Shown here piece by piece: positions 10,513 through 20,541 of a stretch of DNA of 64,000 bases. Origin of the DNA: Nitrososphaeria archaeon (GTDB lineage: Archaea; Thermoproteota; Nitrososphaeria; JACIWG01); contig CAVVXT010000014.1 of assembly GCA_963752255.1 (NCBI GenBank), positions 96,001 through 160,000 on the forward strand, given 5' to 3'. How positions within the stretch are numbered: the first letter of the stretch is position 1; every line of letters begins with the position of its first letter. The translations under genes were made by a program, and so were the position numbers. Under the pieces are notes generated by a model that saw only the letters and a program-made list of their open reading frames with translations, was not told where the DNA came from and made no database searches.

Positions 10513-12130
10513 ATACGACAGGTTTAATTCATTCTTAAAGAAGCCTCTTTCGAGCGGCCAAATCTTAGAGCTTCTACCCTATATCGGATTAGATATCGAA
10601 GACTCGAACAATGACGAAGTCAAGGTCGAATACAGCCCAAATCGTCCAGATTATGGGTCTCCAGCCGGTATCGCTAAGGCATTGAATTATCTTAACTTTG
10701 GAGAAGAGACGAAGGTGGAATACGATTTGCCAGCTTACGATATCCGAGTAAATGTAGATAAGAGTGTAGAAGCGATTAGACCGTATATACTTGGACTGTA
10801 TGCTAAGCTAGATTTCTCCGAATCTATCCTGAAGGAGCTCATATCCTTCCAGGAAGACCTTCACAACGGTATTGGGAGAAAAAGGAGAAAATTTGCCATA
10901 GGTTTACATGATGCGTCAAGAATAGTTCCACCGATCTATTACACAACTGAAAATGCAGGTTTTAAGTTTACACCCTTAAATGGCACTTCCCCTTTGTCAG
11001 TCGAAGAAATCTTAAAACAGACGGAACAGGGCGTTCATTATGGAAACCTTCTTTCTTTAAAAAACATTTTTCCGATATTGAAGGACTCCTTGGATCAAGT
11101 TCTCTCCCTCCCACCGATAATCAATGGAAATGTAACAGTTCTGACTGAAAGAACCAATAACCTCTTTGTCGACGTAACGGGAACCGAGCTTTCTCCGGTT
11201 GAGGATGCGCTAGCTTTGCTGGCTACAACCTTAATAGACTACGGTGCTTCTGTCTATAAGATAAAGATAGTCGGACCTGAAAGATCATTCGAAAGCCCAG
11301 TGTTGGCTCCGAAAAAAATGTACCTTAAAATTGACGAAATAAAACGAATCTTAGGCGTTACGACAGATTTTGATGAAACGATAAATTTGCTGAAAAAGGT
11401 CAACATGCGCTCTTTAAAGAAAGGAAACCTGATAGAGGTGTCCGTTCCAAGTTATAGAATCGATATCTTACATGAAGTTGACCTTATAGAGGAGGTTGGG
11501 TACGGCTATGGATACGATAAAATCACCCCACTTGAACTTCGTCTGCCACAGCAGGGTAAGCCACTGAAAGCCAAAGAAAAGGTTGATGATGTCCGCCTTT
11601 GTCTGATCGGTTTAGGATTCATAGAAGTCATGAACTTTTATCTTTCAAACAAAGAACTACAGCAACCTTTTTCGTCTTCTCTGATAGAGGTAGAGTCCCC
11701 TAAGACACAAGAATACAATGTACTCAGATGTTCCGTTATCCCCCAGCTTTTGCAGACACTATCATCGAATATTCATGAACAGTATCCTCAGAAAATTTTT
11801 GAGATAGGGCGTTCCTTCGAACTTAGGGAAGGCGGTCAGGAAATAGTAGAAAACGTTAAGGTATCCGCTATGATATCCCATTCTGAGACAACGTTTACGG
11901 AAATTAAATCGACCGCCTTTTCAATCCTTGATTACCTAGGAGTAAAGAACTGTAAGATGAATGCTTCATCACACGATTACTTTATCAACGGCCGTTGCGC
12001 CTCGATCTACGAGGATGGCGCATATATCGGTGTACTCGGAGAAGTGTCCCCTTTATACATTTCTCAGTCTTCCTTAAGAAACCCTGTAACCGCACTAGAA
12101 ATCAACCTGACAAAGTTACTTTCGAAATGA
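10493..12130 (+). CDS. pheT: Phenylalanyl-tRNA synthetase beta subunit
   Basis: PNRPD, SLPPIING and RIDILHEVDLIEE motifs; overlaps pheS. Confidence 0.96.
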   Translation: MPVLTIRYDRFNSFLKKPLSSGQILELLPYIGLDIEDSNNDEVKVEYSPNRPDYGSPAGIAKALNYLNFGEETKVEYDLPAYDIRVNVDKSVEAIRPYILGLYAKLDFSESILKELISFQEDLHNGIGRKRRKFAIGLHDASRIVPPIYYTTENAGFKFTPLNGTSPLSVEEILKQTEQGVHYGNLLSLKNIFPILKDSLDQVLSLPPIINGNVTVLTERTNNLFVDVTGTELSPVEDALALLATTLIDYGASVYKIKIVGPERSFESPVLAPKKMYLKIDEIKRILGVTTDFDETINLLKKVNMRSLKKGNLIEVSVPSYRIDILHEVDLIEEVGYGYGYDKITPLELRLPQQGKPLKAKEKVDDVRLCLIGLGFIEVMNFYLSNKELQQPFSSSLIEVESPKTQEYNVLRCSVIPQLLQTLSSNIHEQYPQKIFEIGRSFELREGGQEIVENVKVSAMISHSETTFTEIKSTAFSILDYLGVKNCKMNASSHDYFINGRCASIYEDGAYIGVLGEVSPLYISQSSLRNPVTALEINLTKLLSK

Positions 12131-12166
12131 TTAAGAAAACCTTTTATCCTATCAGGTCATTTCAGA

Positions 12167-12336
12167 GGGTTGACATCCGTCGTAAAAGCGTGGCGACGGC
12201 CCTAGCTGATCTAATGATGCATAGGGTTAACCCAGCAACGCGACAGACGGATGTCAAAGCCCCGCATAAAGAGGTTTGGTGAAATGCCTTTACAAGGCTC
12301 AGATGGTCCAAAACCGTTCAGAGGCGGGGTACATTC
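12167..12336 (+). ncRNA. Two-hairpin box H/ACA pseudouridylation guide RNA
   Basis: Hairpin 1 (12188-12245): stem, pocket, CCCTA/TAGGG stem, CTGA..ATGATG K-loop, ACA 16 nt after the upper stem. Hairpin 2 (12259-12333): GCCCCGC/GCGGGGT closed by ACA. BRE/TATA GAAAACCTTTTAT at about 12135-12147. Confidence 0.75.
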
Positions 12337-12739
12337 TAATCGATCAAAGTTCAGCAGAAAAAAGTTGGTTGAACTAGAAAGGCTTATTGATGCCGTAAAG
12401 GCCCTTAATGATGAAATCAAGAACAATGCGCTGATCGTAGTTGAAGGACCAAACGATGCGAAAGCCTTAGATGAGTTAGGGGTAGTTGGGGTGCCATTTT
12501 TATACAGCCATAAATCAAATCAAGTCGACCTTTTTCAGTTGGCTCGTTCCTACTCAAAGGTCATAATATTAGTTGATAATGATAGGGAAGGTTGGTCTAT
12601 CTGTAAGAGGTTGATATCGAAGTTCAGTGTAAGAGGTATAAAATATGATTTATGGTATAGGAAGGAGTTATATAAAATCGGCGGCGGCTCCGTCCTTCAC
12701 TTAGAAGAGTTTCCTTCTCTAATTAAACGATTCATCTAA
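12251..12739 (+). CDS. Stand-alone TOPRIM domain protein; true start probably downstream of 12336
   Basis: IVVEGPND and LVDNDREG motifs; the first about 30 codons coincide with RNA hairpins. Confidence 0.85.
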   Translation: MSKPRIKRFGEMPLQGSDGPKPFRGGVHSNRSKFSRKKLVELERLIDAVKALNDEIKNNALIVVEGPNDAKALDELGVVGVPFLYSHKSNQVDLFQLARSYSKVIILVDNDREGWSICKRLISKFSVRGIKYDLWYRKELYKIGGGSVLHLEEFPSLIKRFI

Positions 12740-12775
12740 AATAGCTTAAATAATAGTTTTTTAAAACACAGTCGA

Positions 12776-13913
12776 TTGATAGAATTGTCAACTCCAACTA
12801 AATATTTAATACGTTTAAAATTTGACATTGAAGGCGTCGTCGAACGCGCCGACGTTGTAGGCGCGATTTTTGGTCAGACTGAAGGCCTTTTCGGCCCAGA
12901 ATTTGATCTAAACGAACTTCAGAAGACGTGGAAGATTGGCCGAATAGAGATAAACATAGAATCAAAGAACGATAGAACATTCGGTGAAGTACTGATACCT
13001 ACATCAACAGATTTCGAGACCACGAGCTTGATCGCTGCAACGGTTGAAAGCGTTGACCGCGTCGGTCCATGCAATGCAAGGTTCAAGATGATTTCAATGG
13101 AGGATATACGTGTTGAAAAGGTTAAACAGATAAAAGAGAGAGCTAAAGAAATTGCTAGGGACTGGTCCAAGAAAGTAATGACCGAAGGCGACAAAATACT
13201 GAAGGATATCAGTGAATCAATGGGCAAATCCAAGATTGTCGCTTTTGGTAAAGAAAAACTTCCCGCAGGTCCTGCTGTCGAGAAATCGGATACCGTAATA
13301 CTGGTTGAAGGACGTGCAGACGTTCTGAACCTTTTGCGTGCTAGGTATAGAAAATGCTGTCGGAATCGAGGGAACAGGTATCCCTCAGTCGGTAATAGAG
13401 TTAAGTAAAAACAAGAAGATAATTGCGTTCCTCGACGGCGATAGGGGTGGAGACCTTATTCTAAAGGAGCTTTCTCAGGTCGCAAAGATTGAGAAGGTAA
13501 TCAGAGCTCCGTCAGGCAGAGAAGTTGAAGAATTATCACCGGTAGAGGTGGTGGAATTGATTAGTGGGGTAAGTCAGCCTCCCGCTCCTCCCAAGAAGGA
13601 GCCTGTCAACGTTCAACCAGAAGTAGCAGAAAAGGTCAAACAGTTGAAACCCTCTTTAGATAATACTCTGGAAGCCATGCTTTTGGACGAAAATCTAAAG
13701 GAGATTGAGAAGATTCCTGTCAGCGAATTAGCTAAGCATCTTGAGTCGGAAGAGCTAGGCAACGCCAGATACCTGATATTTGACGGTATTATTTCACAGA
13801 GGATAGTCGATCTCGCAGAAAGAAGGGGTATTGTAGCGGTTGTTGGCCATAGAATAGGTGAGGTATCCAAAAAGTCTGCTTCTGTAGCGATTTCGACTAT
13901 GGATGATTTCTAG
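12776..13913 (+). CDS. dnaG: Archaeal DnaG (exosome-associated primase-like protein), +1 frameshift near 13343
   Basis: GAIFGQTEGL, VEGRADV, then shifted frame DGDRGG and FDGIISQR. Confidence 0.93.
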
Positions 13914-13928
13914 AAAAGCTCATTTAAT

Positions 13929-14993
13929 GTGAGTTATGTGTGGTTTAAGAGGCTCACAAAAAGTAGCGCAGAAATTATTCCAGAAACAATAGAAGACATA
14001 CTCTTCATTAGATTATACGTAAGAAAAGGGGATTTAGTTTCTACTAAAACTGTAAGGACAATAAAGATAGAGAAGGCTTTTTCAAGGCATGTCGAAAAGG
14101 ATAGGAAGAGCGTTGTTATAACGGTCAAAGTTGAGAAGGTGTCTTTTGAAAAATCTTTTGAATTACTGGGAATTACAGGGGAGATACAGGGTGCCTCGGA
14201 CGAAAATGTTTCTCAAGGGTCACGGCACTCCGTTGAAGTTACACCTGGAACCAGATTTCTGCTGATTAAATGTGAGGGCCAAATCGATTTCGATCTTCTT
14301 GGATTGAGCGTTAAACAAGATGCGTTTGTCATAGTCTCCATCGATTCCTTGGTAGCCGGTATCGGTAAAGTTAAGGGCAGCAAAGTTGAATACGTTGCTG
14401 AAGTCGAGTCAAACTATCAGGGGAAACTTTATGAAACAAAGAGGGAGAAGGATTCGGTGTTTTTCGATAAAATTTTGAAGGTTGTTTCCCCCTTTTTTGA
14501 AAACATTAAGAAGCTGATCGTAACTGGTCCTGGCCCGCTAAAATCGAATTTTAAGAGTTATGTCGAATCTTTCTCTGGTCTAGATAAGCTGCAGGTCGTG
14601 CTGCTGGAAGGTGTTGATACATCCGGATTTGATGGCATAAGGATGGCGTTGAATTCAGAAGGATTTTCTAAGGTGTTACAAGATAACTTTTTCTCTAAAG
14701 CAAAAGAGGCTATGGCGAAGGTGTTGAGCTCGCTTTATAAAGGTGACGGGTTGGCAAGCGTTTCCTTAGAAGAAATCGAATATATGTGTGCTAACGGGGC
14801 CGTTGATTCACTATTAATTTCAAAGGGTTATCTCTCAAAATCTTCAGTTGACGAAGAAAAGCTTGTTCAAATCTTTTCTACTCTAATGGGGTATAAAAGC
14901 TCTCTCTACTTTTTAGACAGTAACACGAATGTAGGCATCCAACTGGAGTCCATAGGTGGTGTTGCATCACTCTTTAGATACAGGATAAGGTGA
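13929..14993 (+). CDS. pelA: Pelota/Dom34 ribosome rescue factor (divergent)
   Basis: eRF1-like layout: PETIED, GSRHS, TGPG, C-terminal QLESIGGVASLFRY. Confidence 0.8.
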   Translation: MSYVWFKRLTKSSAEIIPETIEDILFIRLYVRKGDLVSTKTVRTIKIEKAFSRHVEKDRKSVVITVKVEKVSFEKSFELLGITGEIQGASDENVSQGSRHSVEVTPGTRFLLIKCEGQIDFDLLGLSVKQDAFVIVSIDSLVAGIGKVKGSKVEYVAEVESNYQGKLYETKREKDSVFFDKILKVVSPFFENIKKLIVTGPGPLKSNFKSYVESFSGLDKLQVVLLEGVDTSGFDGIRMALNSEGFSKVLQDNFFSKAKEAMAKVLSSLYKGDGLASVSLEEIEYMCANGAVDSLLISKGYLSKSSVDEEKLVQIFSTLMGYKSSLYFLDSNTNVGIQLESIGGVASLFRYRIR

Positions 14994-15273
14994 TCCTACG
15001 CGATTATACTAGGAATGGAAATATAACTTCAGCTATTACTGTCAGTATTATCGCCCCCTTTTCTGAGGTCTATCTATTCTTTTATTCGACCTGCTAAAGT
15101 AGAGAAGCACTCCTATTCATACTGATGAGTGTATATGTTATGCGAGTGATTACATGTTTGTAAGACGCTTGCTTTAAGCCTCAATTTGAATTAGGCTAAT
15201 TGGCACTTAGCTCCTATAACTGTTATAAACATGGCTACGGTCACAAATATATTGGTGGCTGAGGCGGAGACGA

Positions 15274-16206
15274 TTGGGTAACAGATGTTCCAAATGCGGT
15301 GACCTAGCAGTATATAATCGGCTCTATTCGGGAGAATATCTCTGCGGCAGATGCTTTAAAACGTCGTTAGAGGAGAAGGTTGTCCGGACAATCTCAAAGT
15401 TTAAAATGCTGAACTATGGGGAAAAGATTCTGCTCATGGTTTCTGGAGGTAAAGACAGTATTGCAATGTTGAGAATAATGAACAACATTGCGAGGTCGCA
15501 CGCGTCCGAGATTATAGCTGCGACTATTGATGAAGGTATCAGAGGTTATAGGGAGGATGCTGTCGAAATAGCTGAAGACGCTTGCTCCGCTCTAGGTATC
15601 CCTCATCACATCTTCAGTTTCAAGAGTCTGTTTGGTTATTCGATGGATGAAATAGAACTGCTAAAGGACGCCGAATCCTCCTGCAGCATATGTGGTATAC
15701 TTAGACGTAGGGCAATGGACCTTATAGCTCAGAAGTTGGACGTCCACGTAGTAGCTACAGCACATAACTTGGATGATATCGCCCAAACGTTTTTGATCAA
15801 TCTGCTCAACAACGACGTGAAACGTTTGCCTTGGAATCTGCCCTTACATAATGAGACCAAACTCTTTAGCCAGAGGAGGATAAAGCCTCTTGCAGAACTT
15901 TATGAAGAAGAGGTGGCAGTCTATTCCTTCTTGAATAAGGAACGCTTTCAGAAGGTCTCATGTCCATACATGCATGAAGGGATTCGTTCCGAAATAAGAG
16001 ACACCATGAACGTTCTTGAAAAGAACCACCCTGGTATAAAATATTCCTTTTTCAACTCCGCAGTCAACGTCCCAAGCTTTATGGAAATGCCTAAAATGGA
16101 GGGACGTAGATGCGAAGGATGCGGCTATCCGACCTTCTCAAAGAAGTGCTCTGTATGCACAACGTTGGATAAGCTGAAGAAAAAGCAGACAAAACAAGTT
16201 AAATAG
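15274..16206 (+). CDS. tRNA 2-thiolation protein of the TtuA/Ncs6 family
   Basis: N- and C-terminal zinc fingers, SGGKDS PP-loop, CSICGILRR, AHNLDD and CPY motifs. Confidence 0.92.
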   Translation: MGNRCSKCGDLAVYNRLYSGEYLCGRCFKTSLEEKVVRTISKFKMLNYGEKILLMVSGGKDSIAMLRIMNNIARSHASEIIAATIDEGIRGYREDAVEIAEDACSALGIPHHIFSFKSLFGYSMDEIELLKDAESSCSICGILRRRAMDLIAQKLDVHVVATAHNLDDIAQTFLINLLNNDVKRLPWNLPLHNETKLFSQRRIKPLAELYEEEVAVYSFLNKERFQKVSCPYMHEGIRSEIRDTMNVLEKNHPGIKYSFFNSAVNVPSFMEMPKMEGRRCEGCGYPTFSKKCSVCTTLDKLKKKQTKQVK

Positions 16207-16225
16207 CACTTGTTTAGATTTTTTA

Positions 16226-16544
16226 ATGGCGATAGGTAGGATCGGGAGAATAGCCGCCTCCTATTCATTCCGTAGCCGGCTACAACGGAGGTCAGCAACC
16301 ATTTGGTAAAACGCTTGAACAAGGAAACCGTAAGTCCAATTCCAAGACGAACCCGCGCCGTGGTGGGTGGATGTAAAAAGCAAGCTCTCCGAAGGGGGGG
16401 TTTTGACTTTGAGCCATCGAACTGGACGAGGTCCGGGAGGGAGCAGTCCTAAGGTGGGGCATTCACGCTGCCACGTCTACGTGGGGGATTGGATAGGATT
16501 AATAGGCCCTGTTTAGGCGCGAACTCAAATGGGTCTATCGCCAT
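16226..16544 (+). ncRNA. ffs: Archaeal SRP (7S) RNA
   Basis: Termini pair (ATGGCGATAG/CTATCGCCAT); helix 8 GGACGAGGTCC-GGGA-GGGAGCAGTCC; helix 6 CTCTCC-GAAG-GGGGGG; about 320 nt. Confidence 0.92.
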
Positions 16545-16602
16545 ATAAAATATATAAAGAGGTTTTAAAGCAAATCTTTGTCAGCGGGCATCTTTGAATC
16601 TT

Positions 16603-16691
16603 GCCGGGATCGCCCAGCTAGGTAGGGCACAGGGTTGCTAACCCTGCGTCTCTCACGGGACTCGTGGGTTCAAGTCCCACTCCCGGCGCCA
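16603..16691 (+). tRNA. tRNA-Ser(GCT), CCA encoded
   Basis: GCCGGGA/TCCCGGC-G-CCA, CAGGG TT-GCT-AA CCCTG, long variable arm. Confidence 0.96.
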
Positions 16692-16883
16692 TTTTACTAG
16701 GGGTTATTCTTGATCTTCGAGAATACTCATTACACTCAACGTTTAATCATTGATAGTTTTCGTCTGACAAGAGTATTGACATGATTTGTTAAAGGTGCAT
16801 GGAAATATTATAATAAAATAAAGTTGTGGCGGTTAATATTTTAAGTGGCTCTTAAATAGAGATTTGGAGAGGAAGATGAATTC

Positions 16884-17492
16884 ATGTTTTCATCCCTGTT
16901 TGACATTGTCTTTAATCTCGCTAAGGCTGCAATAATACTCTTTATCATAGTTGACCCTCTTGGAAACATTCCCGTTTTCATGGGTTTGACTGAGAAGATG
17001 ACGGAGCTCCAAAAGAGGAAAGTGTTTGACGTAGCTACCCTAGTAGGCTTCATTCTTCTGCTCGTCTTCGCTTTTACTGGGCAAGAAATCTTCCTCATCT
17101 TCGGTATATCCATATATAGCTTTGAAGTTGCAGGAGGCATTCTTCTCTTGATAATATCGATTAGAATTTTGTTCTCTGGTGGCTTCCATGAAAACTTAGA
17201 ATCACCCGAAAGCGTCGGTGCTGTTCCAATAGCTATACCTCTTCTAGTTGGCCCAGGTGCGATTACCACGACTATACTCAACCTTCAAGCCTACGGTGTA
17301 ATCGTAACAGCCATGGCGGTGTTCGTTGTACTGATTCTCACATGGACTATTCTTAGATTCATCGGTTCTATCTACCGGTTCCTAGGCAAAACAGGATCGT
17401 TGGTTATAGCAAGGGTCATGTCGCTGTTTATAGCCGCGATAGCAGTCCAGTACATAATAATCGGGTTAGAACACTTCATTGTGGCCGCATAA
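16884..17492 (+). CDS. MarC-family membrane protein
   Basis: DPLGNIPVF and VPIAIPLLVGPGAIT motifs; multiple TM segments. Confidence 0.93.
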   Translation: MFSSLFDIVFNLAKAAIILFIIVDPLGNIPVFMGLTEKMTELQKRKVFDVATLVGFILLLVFAFTGQEIFLIFGISIYSFEVAGGILLLIISIRILFSGGFHENLESPESVGAVPIAIPLLVGPGAITTTILNLQAYGVIVTAMAVFVVLILTWTILRFIGSIYRFLGKTGSLVIARVMSLFIAAIAVQYIIIGLEHFIVAA

Positions 17493-17677
17493 CTAGCATG
17501 GTAAACCTTCAATTTCACGATTAGTAGAATAAATGGGCGACTTCAGGTTGTCTAGCCTTCGATGGGGTGTTTAAGAAAGGCTTAAAGAAGCGTTTAAAGT
17601 TGCACAATTACAACATTATTTTTTTAGAAAAAAGGCGTAACCTTAAATATAGAATAGCATTGGAAAAGGGGGAGAAT

Positions 17678-17983
17678 ATGCCATCATCGGTTCCACAGCA
17701 GTGTCCCTACCAGTCTAGGTGTCGATTGATGAGTTGGTTCGTAGAAGGGAAGAGGGGGGAACGGCCAGACGGCTTCTACTATCTCACAGATGAGTACGTT
17801 CAAAAGATATGTAATACAAAAGAATGGCGTAGCTGTAGTGAACAATTCACTTACTGGAAAGAGGATAACGACAAAAGATTCACTGAAAAGAAGATCTGTG
17901 AAAAATGTGGCAAAAACGTGAAGTATGACCCTGTGGGAAAAGTCATGATAAGACACTGGTGTAAAAAGGCTAAGTTGCCATAA
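17678..17983 (+). CDS. Cys-rich hypothetical protein, probably metal-binding
   Basis: ATG after GGGGGAGA and a CTTAAATA box; C-x5-C, C-x7-C, CxxC and HxC motifs. Confidence 0.6.
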   Translation: MPSSVPQQCPYQSRCRLMSWFVEGKRGERPDGFYYLTDEYVQKICNTKEWRSCSEQFTYWKEDNDKRFTEKKICEKCGKNVKYDPVGKVMIRHWCKKAKLP

Positions 17984-18081
17984 ATGTGTAGAAGAAATTC
18001 TTTATTAACAATTGACAGTCTGTGTAATTCCCTTGAACGTGCAAAATGTATAAGCAACTAAAACTTAAATTTCTGCACTAA

Positions 18082-19239
18082 GTGATTACGGCCATGATAA
18101 GGGATATCAGAAACCAAACTAAAATTCTAGATCGGAAGGAAGCATCGGAACGCCTTAAAGGGGGGAGACTGTCGCCACACTTCTCCGCTGGTGTATGGTT
18201 CTTTTTTCCAGGCGCAATAAGATTCCATGAAGCATTCATCGAAAAGGGTGGGATAGAGGACGCACTACATATAATATCCCAAATGTACGATGAAAAATTG
18301 ATCGGTAACGATTTCGGATTGGAAGCTCATTACCCGAATGAGATAAATCCTAAGAACATAGACCTCTATAAAAAACTTCAGAAGGAAACTGGAATCAAGG
18401 TTGTTACGGTTGTACCCAACCTATTCTATGAAAAAAGGTTCGAACTAGGTTCTTTATCAAATCCTAATACTGAAAAGAGAAAAGAGGCAGTAGATAGGAC
18501 TATAGAAACCTTGAAGCTAAACAAAGAGTTAGATACGGAATTCATGGTGATCTGGCCAGGTGCAGACGGCTATGAAAACCCGTTTGGACAGGATTTCTTT
18601 GGTATGTGGGATAAATTTGAATCGGGATTAGCTAATGCAATGGATCAAGTTCCAGGGGTTAGAGTTGCCGTTGAACCTAAACCATATGAGCCTAGAGGAA
18701 ACAATATTTACAGAAACACTGCAAATGGATTACTTATGGCTAGGGATGTGGAAAAACGGTTAAAGGACCCTGAAAACAGAAAAATACTAGAGAAAGGGCA
18801 CGCTCTTGTAGCACTTAACCCTGAAATAGGGCATGTTCTTATGGGTCACGAAGATCTTGCGTATGCGGTTGCTTCTGTATTACGTGAAGGCAGACTTGCC
18901 CATATGCACTGGAACAGTCAACCATTGGGGAATTATGATCAAGACCTGAATGTTGGAGTGCTCTCTTTAAGTGAAGAGCTTTCGACGCTTTTTGTATTAA
19001 AGCTACAGGGGTATGATGGAAGGTTTGGTCTTGACATCAATCCAGAGAGAATGCCAGTTAAGACGGCTTTGATTTTGAATATGAACAGTGTTAGAACGCT
19101 CTGCGAAATCGTTGACAGCTTGGACAATGAAAGACTGCTTAGGGCAATGTATGATCCTGAAGGAAATAGGGGGGTAATAGAAGACGTATTGACGAAGGCA
19201 ATTTCAAAGAACCCTAAAAACCTTCTTCCCTTCAAATAG
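18082..19239 (+). CDS. xylA: Xylose isomerase family protein
   Basis: WPGADG, EPKPYEPRG, NPEIGH, YDQDL and GLDINP metal/catalytic motifs. Confidence 0.8.
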   Translation: MITAMIRDIRNQTKILDRKEASERLKGGRLSPHFSAGVWFFFPGAIRFHEAFIEKGGIEDALHIISQMYDEKLIGNDFGLEAHYPNEINPKNIDLYKKLQKETGIKVVTVVPNLFYEKRFELGSLSNPNTEKRKEAVDRTIETLKLNKELDTEFMVIWPGADGYENPFGQDFFGMWDKFESGLANAMDQVPGVRVAVEPKPYEPRGNNIYRNTANGLLMARDVEKRLKDPENRKILEKGHALVALNPEIGHVLMGHEDLAYAVASVLREGRLAHMHWNSQPLGNYDQDLNVGVLSLSEELSTLFVLKLQGYDGRFGLDINPERMPVKTALILNMNSVRTLCEIVDSLDNERLLRAMYDPEGNRGVIEDVLTKAISKNPKNLLPFK

Positions 19240-19345
19240 TACGGCTATAGTTTTAAACATTGGTGTCTTAGAAGAAGGATTTGATGCCCAGATAGGTGGG
19301 ATGTCCCAGCAAAAATTTATATCTATATACCAAGTATTAGGTTAA

Positions 19346-20216
19346 ATGTTGCAAAAGAGAGTATATGGAAGAACTGGCCGCTCTGTTACAGTTTTAACCT
19401 TGGGTGGAGCTGGCTTAGGAAAAATATCGCAAGAAGAAGCTGATGAAGCTATAGCCTTGGCATTAAATTATGGTATAAACATGATCGATGTCGCTCCCAG
19501 TTACCATGATGCAGAGTTGAGGCTAAAGAAGATGCTTCAAAAGCATAGAAACGAGTTCTTCTTGGCAGAGAAGACGCTAGAAAGAACGAAGGAAGGTGCT
19601 CGCAAAGAGCTTGAACACTCCTTGAAAAGGTTGGGTGTGAAGGATTTTGACCTGTACCAAATGCACGCAGTTGGAACAATGGAAGAGCTTGAAAAGACAA
19701 TGGGCAAAGATGGAGCACTTGAAGCTTTCAAGGAAGCAAAGGAAACCGGATTGATAAAGTACATAGGTTTAACCGGCCACGCCGACGTTAGAGTTCATCT
19801 TAAGGCTTTACAGATGTTCGATTTCGATGGATTGCTGCTTCCGATAAACGCGGCTGCTATGGCTCATCCTGCACCGGAGAACGATTTCAGACCGGTGTTA
19901 AAGGCTGCTCGAGACCATAATATTGGGATAACTGCGATAAAGGCTGTAAGCCGTAGAAGATACCCCGGGGAAAGGACATTCAATACATGGTACCTGCCAT
20001 CCAACACTAAAGAAGAAATTGAAATGTTTGTAAACTTCACACTCTTCTCAAGAAGGTGTGACAACATATTCCTTGGCCAGTGACATAAAACTGTGGCCTA
20101 TGATCCTAGAGGCGGGGAAAAAATTCGAGAAACTTGGTGAAAATGATCAGAAGAAGGTCGTAGAGTACGCAAGAAAAGAAGGCTGCAGGCCTTTGTTCCC
20201 TGGAAACTCCATTTAA
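19346..20216 (+). CDS. Aldo/keto reductase, +1 frameshift near 20045
   Basis: IDVAPSY, SLKRLG, DLYQMH and IGLTGH motifs; shifted frame continues SQEGVTTYSLASDIKLWP to TAA at 20216. Confidence 0.88.
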
Positions 20217-20290
20217 GTTGTTACCTTAAATTGAATCTCTTTAAATTTGATGCAAAAGGCTTTAAATTTGGATAAGGCATATTTCAGCGT

Positions 20291-20366
20291 GGGCCAGTGG
20301 TCTAGCTCGGCTTAAGACGACGCCCTTACACGGCGTAAATCCCAGGTTCGAATCCTGGCCGGCCCA
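20291..20366 (+). tRNA. tRNA-Val(TAC)
   Basis: GGGCCAG/CCGGCCC-A (one mismatch), ACGCC CT-TAC-AC GGCGT, T loop TTCGAAT. Confidence 0.95.
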
Positions 20367-20541
20367 CTTCTATTAGAATATTTATCGTCATAATCAAAGA
20401 AGTGACTATAAAATGACCACGGCTACCTATTGTGTTATTAGCTAAAAAACTCAAAGTTATTTCTGCCATTTTTGGATCAGATCTTGGTTCTAAGCTTTGC
20501 CGGCTACAATCATTAAAAGCTGTGCCTTGAAGGCTAGAATT

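Noticed and set aside
15122-15170. CTGATGA...GTGATTA as a possible C/D sRNA
   Set aside because: No CTGA D box at the right spacing; overlaps a minus-strand gene stub
16226-16544. RNase P RNA as an alternative identity
   Set aside because: Lacks the GAGGAA.GUCC P4 signature and has SRP helix 8
3879-16711. Identical 15-mer CTAGGGGTTATTCTT at 3879 and 16697 (just after tRNA-Ser)
   Set aside because: A 15-bp match is expected by chance in 64 kb; the DNA between is core genes and no matching inverted end was found
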